The notes under the pieces were generated by a model. The model was given only the letters and a program-made list of their open reading frames with translations. It did no database searches and was not told where the DNA came from. 64,000 bases of DNA from an uncultured Alphaproteobacteria bacterium (GTDB taxonomy: Bacteria; Pseudomonadota; Alphaproteobacteria; Rhizobiales; Xanthobacteraceae): the NCBI GenBank assembly GCA_963785745.1, contig CAWAWR010000019.1, forward strand, positions 20,662 to 84,661. Reading direction: 5' to 3'. The position numbers were made by a program, and so were the translations under genes. This document shows, piece by piece, positions 49,364 to 58,978 of this stretch (its first letter is position 1; the number at the start of each line of letters is the position of its first letter).

Positions 49364-50332
49364 TTATGCGCGGTGCGTCCTGCCGCGCCCCGCCGTGCCG
49401 CCACGCTTTGGCTCGGACGGGCGTGTGATCGGGAAGGTTTCGCGTACGTGCGCCGCCAGCATCTCGCAAAAGGCCGTAGCATAACGCGGAAGCGGTCGCC
49501 GCTTGTCCCAATAGATTGTCAACGGCTCGCGCAACGGCCTGCCCTGGTAAGTCACGCCGACGATCCGCAACGCGTACCGATAAGTCCGCAGAGTCGACGG
49601 GATGATCGCGACGCCGTGCCCATCCTCCGCCATCGCGAGCAGGGTGTGCGGCGCCTGGCTTTCAAACCTGACGTTCGGTTCGAGGCCCCAGAGGCGGCAG
49701 GCGGCGTCGAAGGTCCGGCGAAACACAAAGCTGCCATCCAGGAGGAGCAAAGGGTACGGTGCGAGCTGGCCGATTTCGATGCGGCGCCTGCCGCTGCCAA
49801 GCGCCAGACGCGGATGGCATGCCGCGAGCAAGTCGACCGGTGCCAGCGGGTGACTCGCGAAGCGCTGGTCGCCGGGTTGAACCGCATGAACGAGTTGCTG
49901 CCCAAGGTGTACTTCACCACGTTCCAGCATCGTCAGCACGTTGGTGCCGATCGCCTCGATCAATTTCAACTCGACGTTCGGGTAACGCTTTGCGTAGCGG
50001 GGCAAGAAACTCGCGATGGCGCCTTCGATAAATTGCGGAGAGGCTGCAACTTTCAGCACACCGGTGTCCCCGCGCTTGAGCATCTGGGCCCGCTCGCCGA
50101 GTGCGCCGGCGTAGCTCAACAGAGTGTGACAGTCGCTCAGCAACTGCTCGCCTTCGCCCGTGAGGATGAGGCGGCCGCCGACACGATCAAAGAGCTTCAG
50201 ACCGAGCTCCTGCTCCAGGGCGCTGATCTGCCGTGACAACGCAGGCTGGGCAATGCGCAGACGCAGCGCCGCCTTGGAGACGGTACCCAGCTCGGCCACA
50301 GTCACAAAGGTTCGAGCGTGTTTCAGATCCAC
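49364..50332 (-). CDS. LysR-family transcriptional regulator
   Basis: MDLKHARTFVTVAELGTVSKAALRLRIAQPALSRQISALEQELG.. Confidence 0.85.
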   Translation of the reverse strand: MDLKHARTFVTVAELGTVSKAALRLRIAQPALSRQISALEQELGLKLFDRVGGRLILTGEGEQLLSDCHTLLSYAGALGERAQMLKRGDTGVLKVAASPQFIEGAIASFLPRYAKRYPNVELKLIEAIGTNVLTMLERGEVHLGQQLVHAVQPGDQRFASHPLAPVDLLAACHPRLALGSGRRRIEIGQLAPYPLLLLDGSFVFRRTFDAACRLWGLEPNVRFESQAPHTLLAMAEDGHGVAIIPSTLRTYRYALRIVGVTYQGRPLREPLTIYWDKRRPLPRYATAFCEMLAAHVRETFPITRPSEPKRGGTAGRGRTHRA

Positions 50333-50460
50333 CCCAATTCCCTATGCCGAAACGGCATAGAGGGCTAGATGATTTATGTATTGGACGTTCGGCGCCGCCG
50401 GGGATCATTTATGTCGGAAACTGTACGGCTTCACGCAAGCGAGATTCAAGAAAGAGCGTC

Positions 50461-51429
50461 ATGAATGCATTCCGCTCGGTGACGATACTTGCGCTTGGCC
50501 TTACCGTGGCGGCGGCCCAAACCGCCGCGCAGACTTGGCCGGTCAAACCCATCAAAGCGATTGTGCCCATTGCGGCGGGCAGCCTCACGGACATCGTCCC
50601 GCGCATCGTTTTCGAGCAACTTTCCACGCAACTCGGCCAGAATATCGTCGTGGAGAACCGTCCTGGCGCGGGACAGACGACCGGCGTCGCTCTCGTCGCC
50701 AAGTCGGACCCGGATGGCTACACGCTCCTCGCCAACTCCTCGGCACAAACGATCGCGCCGGCGTTCTATCCGAACCTGAGCTACGATCCGGGACGGGATC
50801 TTGCCGCCGTTGCCACACTCGGCGTTTCGCCATTCGTCCTCGTGGTTTCGCCCAACCGAGGATTTAAATCGGTCAGCGACCTTATCGCCGCCGCCAAGGC
50901 GAAACCGGGCGCGTTCAACTTCTCTTCGCCTGGTGTCGGAAGCGCGTCGCACCTGAGCGCCGAACGTTTCCGGCTGAGCGCAGGCGTGCAAGCGGTGCAC
51001 GTCCCGTTCAAGGGCGGGGTCGAGGCCATGACCGAAGTGATGGCCGGGCGGATTGACTTCTTTTTCATGGCGCTCGGTGCGGCGCTCCCGCAAATCCGCG
51101 ACGGCAAGCTTTCTGCGCTTGCGGTGAATGGCGCCGCGCGATCTCCGGCACTGCCTGACGTACCCACGATTCGGGAAGCGGGCTTGAACGATGCCGAATA
51201 CCCGACATGGTTCGGGGTTTTCGTCCCCGCAAAAACCTCGCGCACGACTGTCGACCGGCTTCACCAGCAGACGCTCAAGGCGCTGCAGGAACCCAAGGTA
51301 AAGGATCGCCTTTCGAAACTCGGCGTCGATCCCATGACGATGACGCCGGCGGAGTTTGATGCGCTTGTCCGAAAGGAAATCTCCCTCAACACCGCACTCG
51401 TCAAGGCAATCGGCCTAAAGCCGGATTGA
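50461..51429 (+). CDS. Bug/TctC-family substrate-binding protein
   Basis: MNAFRSVTILALGLTVAAAQTAAQTWPVKPIKAIVPIAAGSLTD...; divergent from the LysR gene. Confidence 0.8.
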   Translation: MNAFRSVTILALGLTVAAAQTAAQTWPVKPIKAIVPIAAGSLTDIVPRIVFEQLSTQLGQNIVVENRPGAGQTTGVALVAKSDPDGYTLLANSSAQTIAPAFYPNLSYDPGRDLAAVATLGVSPFVLVVSPNRGFKSVSDLIAAAKAKPGAFNFSSPGVGSASHLSAERFRLSAGVQAVHVPFKGGVEAMTEVMAGRIDFFFMALGAALPQIRDGKLSALAVNGAARSPALPDVPTIREAGLNDAEYPTWFGVFVPAKTSRTTVDRLHQQTLKALQEPKVKDRLSKLGVDPMTMTPAEFDALVRKEISLNTALVKAIGLKPD

Positions 51430-51451
51430 AGATCGGTCCGTTTACTCAAAA

Positions 51452-52258
51452 ATGACTGCTGCAACGACCTTCGTATCCTCGGACGGCGACGGATACGAGC
51501 TTCAGATGGGGCGATGGAGCCGCCGCCTTGCTCCCGCTTTCATCGAATTTGCCGGGATCACTGCCGCGCAATCCGTTCTGGATGTAGGGTGCGGCACGGG
51601 CAACTTGAGTTTTTGCTTCGCGGCGAACCCGTGCATTGCGAGCGTTACTGGCGTCGACCTGTCCGCGGCCTATATCGAACACGCCAAGCGCAACAATCAG
51701 GACGCACGCGTGGAGCTTCGGGTCGGTGACGCCTGCGCTCTGCCGTTTGCCGATGCCTCGTTCGACCACGCCCTCGCAATGCTGGTGCTGCAATTCATTC
51801 CGCGGCCCGAACGGGCAATACGCGAGATGCGCCGTGTCACTCGCTCCGGCGGTACCATTGCGGCGGCCACATGGGACACCGCTGGAGGACTTATCCCTTA
51901 TCGCATGATCTTCGACACCGCCGCGATGCTCGACCGCGACGGCGAGGCCGTGAGGGCCAAAGCTTATGCGAGGCCTCTGTGCCGTCCCGGGGAATTGGCC
52001 AGCGCCTGGCGTGATGCCCGTCTTGTTGATGTCGCGCAGGATATGATCACGATCCGCATGGACTTTGTGTCCTTCGTTGATTTCTGGGCGCCGGCGGAAA
52101 GTCGGGAAGGCCCGGCAGCGGCGTACGTCGGCACTCTTGGTCCCGCCGCGAAATCAAAGTTGCGAGACGCGGTCAGGCTGGCGTACCTGAATGGCGAGCC
52201 CGACGGGGCCCGCTCCTACGCCGCGACAGCCTGGGTCGTGCGGGGCAAGGTACCTTAG
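51452..52258 (+). CDS. class I SAM-dependent methyltransferase
   Basis: VLDVGCGTGNLS motif I; 268 aa. Confidence 0.8.
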   Translation: MTAATTFVSSDGDGYELQMGRWSRRLAPAFIEFAGITAAQSVLDVGCGTGNLSFCFAANPCIASVTGVDLSAAYIEHAKRNNQDARVELRVGDACALPFADASFDHALAMLVLQFIPRPERAIREMRRVTRSGGTIAAATWDTAGGLIPYRMIFDTAAMLDRDGEAVRAKAYARPLCRPGELASAWRDARLVDVAQDMITIRMDFVSFVDFWAPAESREGPAAAYVGTLGPAAKSKLRDAVRLAYLNGEPDGARSYAATAWVVRGKVP

Positions 52259-52259
52259 C

Positions 52260-53882
52260 TCAGCCGCCTTCGATCTCGGCTTTGACGCCGCGCAGCGCCT
52301 CCGGCGTGTCGACGTCGACCAGCGTTCCGCCGCCGGTGACGGGGACCTCGAAGACGGCTTCGCTATAGCGGCCGATCAGATGCCGCGCGCCAATGTCGCC
52401 CTCGATCGCCATGAGATCGGGGAAGAACCGCCGCGACCACAGCACCGGATTGCCGCGCCTTCCGTCGAATACCGGCACCACCGCGAGCGCGCCCTTCTCC
52501 GGATCGAAGCCCGCGATCAACTGGTCGATCAGCGCCGCGTCCACCTGCGGCATGTCGCCGAGGCACACGACGACGCCGTCCGCCTCCGGCGGCACGACCG
52601 CAATGCCGGTCTTGAGCGAGCCGCCAAGACCCGACGCGTAGTCGGGATTGTGCACGATCTTGACCGGCAGGCCGGCGAGCGCCGCGCTGACGCCCTCGTG
52701 CTGGTGGCCGGTCACGACGATGACGGGCGAGGCCTTGGAGGCGAGCGCCTGCTCGGCGGCGATCCGCACCAACGGCTTGCCGTTGATCTCGGCGAGGAGC
52801 TTGTTCGGCCCGCCCATCCGCGTGGAACGCCCGGCCGCCAGCACGATCGCCGCGATGTGATGGTCGGTCGGCAGGACCGGCTCGTCACGCGGCTGCGGCC
52901 GCGTCACGATCTCCATCAGCAGGCCGCCGACGCCGAGGCCGGTGATCGCCTCCCGCGGCACCTCAAGGCCGGCGAGTAAGCGCATCAGGACCCAATCGAA
53001 TCCGTTCTCCTTGGGCGAGCGCGCGCAGCCCGGCGCACCGAGCAACGGACGCCCACGAGCCTCGGCAAGCAGCAGCAGGTTGCCCGGGTCGACCGGCATG
53101 CCGAAATGCTCGACCCGGCCGCCGATCGCCTCGACCGCAGCCGGGATCACGTCGCGCCGGTCGGCTATTGCCGAGGCGCCAAACACGATGACCAGCTCGG
53201 CGCCTTCGCGCAGCACCTCTTCCAGCGCCTTCACCAGCGCGTCCTTATCATGCGGGATGCGGCGCTCGGCGACGATCACCGCGCCCGCCGGCGCCAGCCG
53301 CTCGGCGGTCACCCGCATGGTCTTGTCGATCACCTTGGCGGCGAGGCCCGGCAGCATGGTCGAGATCACGCCAACCTTGCGGATGCGATAGGGCGCGACC
53401 TGGATCAGTGGCGCGGCGGCGCGCGCCACCGATACGGCCGCATCTCGCACCGCGCCGGCAACCGCAAACGGAATGATCTTCACGGTCGCGATCATCTCGC
53501 CGGCGACCACCGGCTTGAACGCGGGCAAGGTCGCGAAGGTGACGGCTTCGTCGATCAGGTTCAGCGCGTCGATCGCCGGCTTGTTGACGACGAGCACGCC
53601 CGGAACGTCTGAGAACAGGTTGGCCCGGCCGGTGAAGGCGCGGTCAACGCGCACCCCCTCGCCCGCGACCGCGGTGGCGATAGCGGCGGCAGCGACATCC
53701 TCCGATACGTCGCCGGGCTCGAGTCGCGCGACCACGATCTCGGGGATTCCCGCGGCCTGCAACGCCGAGATCTCGGCGCGTCCGATCACCGTGCCTTTCT
53801 TGAGCACCAGCGAGGCCTGGCGGATGGAATGGACGGCGACGCCGCCCTCCGCCTCGGCAATCGGAACCGCGCCGAATTTCAC
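52260..53882 (-). CDS. fusion of a molybdopterin-binding (MoeA/CinA-like) domain and a MobA/MocA-like nucleotidyltransferase (molybdenum cofactor cytidylyl/guanylyl-transferase)
   Basis: GTG 53882 (SD ggaga; GTGA overlap with upstream stop); C-terminal AIVLAAGRSTRMGGPNKLLAEINGKPLV nucleotidyltransferase motif; the N-terminal 60 aa of ORF 52260..54227 are an artefact. Confidence 0.65.
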   Translation of the reverse strand: MKFGAVPIAEAEGGVAVHSIRQASLVLKKGTVIGRAEISALQAAGIPEIVVARLEPGDVSEDVAAAAIATAVAGEGVRVDRAFTGRANLFSDVPGVLVVNKPAIDALNLIDEAVTFATLPAFKPVVAGEMIATVKIIPFAVAGAVRDAAVSVARAAAPLIQVAPYRIRKVGVISTMLPGLAAKVIDKTMRVTAERLAPAGAVIVAERRIPHDKDALVKALEEVLREGAELVIVFGASAIADRRDVIPAAVEAIGGRVEHFGMPVDPGNLLLLAEARGRPLLGAPGCARSPKENGFDWVLMRLLAGLEVPREAITGLGVGGLLMEIVTRPQPRDEPVLPTDHHIAAIVLAAGRSTRMGGPNKLLAEINGKPLVRIAAEQALASKASPVIVVTGHQHEGVSAALAGLPVKIVHNPDYASGLGGSLKTGIAVVPPEADGVVVCLGDMPQVDAALIDQLIAGFDPEKGALAVVPVFDGRRGNPVLWSRRFFPDLMAIEGDIGARHLIGRYSEAVFEVPVTGGGTLVDVDTPEALRGVKAEIEGG

Positions 53883-54595
53883 GATGTCGTCTCCGGCACT
53901 TTTTCGCGCGCCTTTTCCGGCGAGAGGCGCAGCCGCGCCGTGATCTCGCCCATGATCGAGACCGCGATCTCGGCCGGCGACACCGCGCCGATCGCGAGCC
54001 CGATCGGGGCGTGGATGCGCCCGAGGTCGGCGTCGGAAAAGCCCTGCTCTTTCAAACGGTCGAGGCGGCGGGCGTGGGTCTTTCGTGAGCCCAGCGCGCC
54101 GATATAGAAGCAGTCGCGCGCGAGCGCGTGGCTGAGCCCGGGATCGTCGATCTTGGGATCGTGGGTCAGCGCCAGGAACGCCGTGTAGCGGTCGACCCCG
54201 AGCGGCGGCAGCGCGACGTCCGGCCATTCCGCGATCACCTTCACGTCCGGGAAGCGCTCCTGGGTGGCGAAGGCCGTGCGCGGATCGACGATGGTGACGT
54301 CATAACCGAGGAGCTTTGCAATCGGCGCCAGCGCCTGGCTGATGTGCACCGCGCCGGTGACGACGATGCGCGGCGCGGGGACGTGCACGGTCAGGAAGAA
54401 CTTGCCCTGCGGCGTCTCCTCCATGCCGCTCTTGCCGCTGCGGATGTGCTTCTCGATCAAGTCCTTGAGCGGGTCCTTCGCCACGTCGGCGGCCTTGACC
54501 AGGCGCTGCTCGCCGCTCGCCTGATCGGTGACGACGACGGCGGCGCGGCGCGCGTTGCGCTCGGCGTTCAGCGATTTGAGGATGTCGAGTTTCAC
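53879..54595 (-). CDS. XdhC/CoxI-family molybdoenzyme maturation factor (Rossmann-like domain)
   Basis: 238 aa; ..RIVVTGAVHISQALAPIAKLLGYDVTIVDPR.. Confidence 0.75.
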   Translation of the reverse strand: MKLDILKSLNAERNARRAAVVVTDQASGEQRLVKAADVAKDPLKDLIEKHIRSGKSGMEETPQGKFFLTVHVPAPRIVVTGAVHISQALAPIAKLLGYDVTIVDPRTAFATQERFPDVKVIAEWPDVALPPLGVDRYTAFLALTHDPKIDDPGLSHALARDCFYIGALGSRKTHARRLDRLKEQGFSDADLGRIHAPIGLAIGAVSPAEIAVSIMGEITARLRLSPEKAREKVPETTS

Positions 54596-54596
54596 G

Positions 54597-54926
54597 CTAC
54601 TCCACCTTCTCGACGTAGACGCGGATGGTGCCGCCGCAGGACAGCCCGACCTTCCAGGCGGTCTCGTCGGCGACGCCGAATTCCAGCGTCTTGGGCTTGC
54701 CGCTCTCGATCACGTCGATCGCCTCGGTGACCACCGCGCCCTCGACGCAGCCGCCGGAGACGCTGCCGAGGAAATTGCCCTCGCTGTCGATCACGAGGTT
54801 CGAGCCGACCGGCCGGGGCGCCGAGCCCCAGGTCTCGACCACGGTCGCCAGCGCCACGCCCTTCCCGGCCTTGCGCCAGTCTTCGGCGGCTTTCAGGATA
54901 TCGTCGTCGGTTGCGAGCGTAGCCAT
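54597..54926 (-). CDS. XdhC/CoxF-type N-terminal domain protein (standalone)
   Basis: Start MATLATDDDILKAAEDWRKAGKGVALATVVETWGSAPRPVGS..; SD aagggag. Confidence 0.7.
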   Translation of the reverse strand: MATLATDDDILKAAEDWRKAGKGVALATVVETWGSAPRPVGSNLVIDSEGNFLGSVSGGCVEGAVVTEAIDVIESGKPKTLEFGVADETAWKVGLSCGGTIRVYVEKVE

Positions 54927-54945
54927 AGCCTGCTCCCTTATTGGT

Positions 54946-56142
54946 TTAAGCGGCCTTCTCAAGCCATTCCTTGGGATTCCCGGTCCGGCCGCCGTGCGAT
55001 GACAGCGCGCGGACCAGGTCGCCCATGGCCTCCAGATTGTGAATCGGACGCAATTCGTCAACATGCGGCAGCATCGACCTTATGCCGCGCGCCTTGGCCT
55101 CGAAGCCGGAGAACCGCAGCAGCGGGTTGAGCCAGATCAGCCGCCGGCACGAGCGGTGCAGCCGGTCGATCTCGAATTCGAGCTCGTCGCCGCCGTCGCG
55201 CTCGAGCCCGTCGGTGATCAGGAGCACGATCGCGCCCTGGGTCAGCACGCGGCGGGCCCAGAGCTTGTTGAAGGCGTGCAGCGAGGTCGCAATACGCGTG
55301 CCGCCCGACCAGTCGTCGACGCTGGCGGTCACCGCGGCGAGCGCCTCGTCGGGATCCTTGTGCTTGAGGTCGCGGGTGACGTTGGTCAGCCGCGTCCCGA
55401 ACATGAAGGTGTGCACGCGCTTGCGCGCATCGGTCACCGCATGGAGGAAATGCAGGAACAGCCGCGTGTACTGGCTCATCGAGCCGGAGATATCGAGCAG
55501 CGCGACGATCGGCGGCTGGCGCGTCTTCGGCCCGAGGAATTTCAGGTCGATCAGCGCGCCGCCGGCCTTGAGGCTTGCGCGCAGCGTGCGGCGCATGTCG
55601 ACGATGTGGCCGCGCGGATGCGGCGCAAGCCGCCGGGTCTTGATCTCGTCGAGCGACAGCACCAGCCGCTTGATCGCGGCCTTGGCGGCGGCGATCTCGG
55701 CCGCCGACATCTGCGCGAAATCCTTCTTCTGCAAGAGCTCGCGGTCGGACACCGTGAGCCGCGCATCGATCTCGACGTCGCGGGCGTCGCGCTCGAGCTC
55801 GCGCAGCCCCGAGAACAGCGCGTCCTCGATGCGCTGCGCGCCGGGGCGCGGCTTCTCCTCCTCGCGCGGCGGCGCTTCCGACACCAGCGAGGCCATGAGC
55901 TTGTCGAGATAGTCGCGGCGGCGGAAGAAAATGCCGAACGCCTGGTCGAACAGTTGCGTATGCTCGTGTCGCTTCACGAACACCGCATGCAGCGTCCAGT
56001 AGAAATCCGCGCGCGTCCCGACCCCGGCGACGCGCAACGCGTCGAGCGCGTCGAGCACCGCGCCGGGCCCGACCGGAATCCCGGCGGCGCGCAGCGCGCG
56101 CGCGAAATAGACGATGTTTTCTGCGAGCCGTCCGTCGGCCAT
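54946..56142 (-). CDS. VWA-domain protein (CoxE-like)
   Basis: Start MADGRLAENIVYFARALRAAGIP..; VWA MIDAS motif ..VALLDISGSMS..; the longer ORF 54946..56820 overlaps the upstream gene and is rejected. Confidence 0.75.
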   Translation of the reverse strand: MADGRLAENIVYFARALRAAGIPVGPGAVLDALDALRVAGVGTRADFYWTLHAVFVKRHEHTQLFDQAFGIFFRRRDYLDKLMASLVSEAPPREEEKPRPGAQRIEDALFSGLRELERDARDVEIDARLTVSDRELLQKKDFAQMSAAEIAAAKAAIKRLVLSLDEIKTRRLAPHPRGHIVDMRRTLRASLKAGGALIDLKFLGPKTRQPPIVALLDISGSMSQYTRLFLHFLHAVTDARKRVHTFMFGTRLTNVTRDLKHKDPDEALAAVTASVDDWSGGTRIATSLHAFNKLWARRVLTQGAIVLLITDGLERDGGDELEFEIDRLHRSCRRLIWLNPLLRFSGFEAKARGIRSMLPHVDELRPIHNLEAMGDLVRALSSHGGRTGNPKEWLEKAA

Positions 56143-56150
56143 CGGCGCTC

Positions 56151-57089
56151 TCACTCCGCCGCGCGAAGTTGCGTCCGCACTTCGTCGAGCAGTTCCTTCG
56201 CCTTGGTGCCCTCGATGCGGGCGATGTCGTCCTGATATTTCAGGAGCACGCCGAGCGTGTCCGACACCGTGGTCGGATCGAGCGCCGCGACGTCGAGCTC
56301 GGCCAGCGCGCCGGCCCAGTCGAGCGTCTCGGCGACGCCGGGCGACTTGAACAGGTCCTGCTTGCGCAACGTCTGCACGAAGTGCACGACCTGCTCCGAC
56401 AGCGCCTTGCTGATGCCTGGCACCTTGGCGCGCACGATCTGCAATTCGCGCTCCGCGGTCGGATAGCCGACCCAGTGATAGAGACAGCGGCGCTTGAGCG
56501 CGTCGTGGATCTCGCGCGTGCGGTTCGAGGTGATGACCACGATCGGCGGCTTCTCGGCCTTCACAGTGCCGAGCTCGGGGATCGTCACCTGGAAGTCGGC
56601 GAGGATTTCGAGCAGGAACGCCTCGAACGCCTCGTCGGCGCGGTCGAGCTCGTCGATCAGCAGCACCGGCGCGCCGGCGGGGTCGGGTTCGAGCGCCTGG
56701 AGGAGCGGCCGCTTGATCAGGAAGCGTTCGGAGAACACGTCGTGCTCGATCCGCTCGCGGTCGTGGTCGCCCTCGGCTTCGGCGACGCGGATCGCGATCA
56801 TCTGCGCGGCGTAATTCCACTCATAGACCGCCGCCGCGACGTCGAGGCCCTCGTAGCATTGCAGGCGGATCAGGCGGCGGCCGAGCGTCGCGGACAGCAC
56901 CTTGGCGATCTCGGTCTTGCCGACGCCGGCCTCGCCTTCGAGGAAGATCGGCCGGCCCATGCGCAGCGCCAGGAACAGCACGGTCGCGAGCGAACGGTCG
57001 GCGAGGTAGTCCGCCGCCGACAGGAGTTCGAGCGTCTGGTCGATGGTCGCGGGCAGCGGCCGGGGGGAAGCAGGCTTCATCGTTGGCAT
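56151..57089 (-). CDS. MoxR-family AAA+ ATPase (CoxD-like)
   Basis: Walker A GEAGVGKTE; Walker B LLIDELDRA; 312 aa. Confidence 0.85.
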   Translation of the reverse strand: MPTMKPASPRPLPATIDQTLELLSAADYLADRSLATVLFLALRMGRPIFLEGEAGVGKTEIAKVLSATLGRRLIRLQCYEGLDVAAAVYEWNYAAQMIAIRVAEAEGDHDRERIEHDVFSERFLIKRPLLQALEPDPAGAPVLLIDELDRADEAFEAFLLEILADFQVTIPELGTVKAEKPPIVVITSNRTREIHDALKRRCLYHWVGYPTAERELQIVRAKVPGISKALSEQVVHFVQTLRKQDLFKSPGVAETLDWAGALAELDVAALDPTTVSDTLGVLLKYQDDIARIEGTKAKELLDEVRTQLRAAE

Positions 57090-57298
57090 GTTGGCATGTT
57101 TATCGTGTCCGGAACCGGCGGGCCACCGCTAAGCGGCCTCAAGAAGACGTCGCGCGCCGTCACGCCTGGGCTTGGTGCGCTCAGCCTTGGTGCATAGTTA
57201 ACGTCGAGTCGGCAAATCCGTTCATAAGTGGCCTGCCGGCGACCAAATCTCCTCGCAATATGCAGGGCATTTGGCGGCCGCGACACCGACCAGCCAGC

Positions 57299-58432
57299 AT
57301 GCCAGCAATGCACCCGTCCCCTCCCCGCCCGCTTCGTCCGACCTTGCGTCAGCGCCTCGGATTCCGGGCAGCGCGGCTGTTGTTCTCTCTCCCGGCCGCG
57401 CTGCAGCTACGCCTCTCGCACCGGCCGCCGGTGGTGATCGAGGGGGCCGTGCTGCATCCGCAGATGCAGCTCCTGATCGCCTTTCGCGACCTCTGGCGCG
57501 GCGCGCCGATCACGGCGCTGACCCCGGAGGTCGCGCGGCGGAATTTCCGCAACGACACCGCGACCATCGCCGGCCCGCCGATCGCGGTCGGCGCCGTGAC
57601 GGACATCGCCATCGACGGCGGCGACGGCGCCCTCGCCGCGCGCCACTATGCGCCGGCCGCGAGCGGTCCACGGCCGTTGCTGGTCTACTTTCACGGCGGC
57701 GGTTTCGTGCTCGGCGACCTCGACGGCCACGACAACCTGTGCCGCCGCATCTGCCGCGACGCCGAGATGCACGTCCTCTCGGTCGACTACCGGCTGGCGC
57801 CCGAGCATCGGTTTCCTGCCGCCGTGGACGATGCCGTCGCCGCCTTCCGCTGGGCTCGCGCGAACGCCGCCACGCTCGGCGCGCTGCCGGACCAGGTGGC
57901 GGTCGGCGGCGACAGCGCCGGCGGCAATCTCGCGGCGGTCGTGTCGCAGAAGGCGGTGACCGACGGCGGGCCCAGGCCCTGCGCGCAGGTGCTGCTCTAT
58001 CCGGCGCTCGACCGCACCGTTGCGCGGCCTTCTCTCGGACTTTTCCGCGAAGGGTTTCTGATCGGCCGCGACGACATCGATTGGTATCACCTCCAATACA
58101 CCGGCTCGACCGTCCCGCAGCCGGACCCGGCGCAGAATCCGCTATGCGCGAAAGATTTCTCCGGGCTCGCGCCGGCGCTGATCGTCACGGCCGGCTTCGA
58201 TCCGCTGCGCGACGAAGGCGAGGCCTATGCCGACGCGCTGCGGCAGGCCGGCGTCCCGGTCGTGTTGAAGCGCTTCGACGGACTGCTGCACGGCTTCGCC
58301 AGCATGGCGGCGATCAGCCCGGCCTGCGACGCCGCCGTCGGCGAGATCATCGCAGCCCTGCGGCGCATGATTGCGGATCGCGGCAGCCGGGGGTTCTTGA
58401 CCGATGACGGTATTATTTTACTGTCTCTTTGA
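57299..58432 (+). CDS. alpha/beta-hydrolase (hormone-sensitive-lipase-like esterase/lipase)
   Basis: HGGGF oxyanion motif (YFHGGGFVLGD) and GDSAGG nucleophile elbow; start ATG 57299 or 57308. Confidence 0.75.
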   Translation: MPAMHPSPPRPLRPTLRQRLGFRAARLLFSLPAALQLRLSHRPPVVIEGAVLHPQMQLLIAFRDLWRGAPITALTPEVARRNFRNDTATIAGPPIAVGAVTDIAIDGGDGALAARHYAPAASGPRPLLVYFHGGGFVLGDLDGHDNLCRRICRDAEMHVLSVDYRLAPEHRFPAAVDDAVAAFRWARANAATLGALPDQVAVGGDSAGGNLAAVVSQKAVTDGGPRPCAQVLLYPALDRTVARPSLGLFREGFLIGRDDIDWYHLQYTGSTVPQPDPAQNPLCAKDFSGLAPALIVTAGFDPLRDEGEAYADALRQAGVPVVLKRFDGLLHGFASMAAISPACDAAVGEIIAALRRMIADRGSRGFLTDDGIILLSL

Positions 58433-58491
58433 ACCTTTTTGCCCGTCGCTGCGAATAAGGAGTGTCAGTCCCCAATGCCGGGAAGGCTCCA

Positions 58492-58797
58492 ATGTCGCGT
58501 CACCTTGTCCAAGTCCTCGTCGCCGCCGTCGTTCTGAATTCCGCCGCCGTGGCATCGACCATGCTGTGGCCCAGCACCGCAACGTCGACGGCAAGCCAGG
58601 TCTCCACGGCCAGCGCCGACTTCGATCACGTCTTCGCCAGCGTGACGACCCCGCCCGTCCGCACCCCGGTCGATCTGACAACCCCCGATTTTGACAAGGT
58701 CTTCGCCAGCGTGAGCGCCCCACGCCGAGAAAACACGCCGCCAAATCGCGAGCGGCTTCGTAACATCGGCTGGCAGCGAATTCTCGGATCGAGCTAG
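58492..58797 (+). CDS. small secreted protein with internal repeat (DFD[HK]VFASV)
   Basis: SD gggaagg; MSRHLVQVLVAAVVLNSAAVAS signal; DFDHVFASVTTPP / DFDKVFASVSAPR. Confidence 0.4.
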   Translation: MSRHLVQVLVAAVVLNSAAVASTMLWPSTATSTASQVSTASADFDHVFASVTTPPVRTPVDLTTPDFDKVFASVSAPRRENTPPNRERLRNIGWQRILGSS

Positions 58798-58978
58798 GCG
58801 ACGCCGCAGACTTCGGGCGTTGCGGCGCGGTTCTCACCGCACCTGCAGGAAGCGGTCTGGGGTTGCTTGCCCGCGGATGGGTCCGTGCTAGGCTCGCTGC
58901 GCTGTGCAGTGAGACCAGGCCGCCGCATCACAAAAAATGGCGGAAGCGTCTCGACCAATCGTCGGGAGGAGACCGCAC

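Noticed and set aside
54946-56820. 624-aa minus-strand ORF
   Set aside because: The N-terminal 226 aa overlap the MoxR gene out of frame; the real VWA protein starts at MADGRLAENIVYF (56142)
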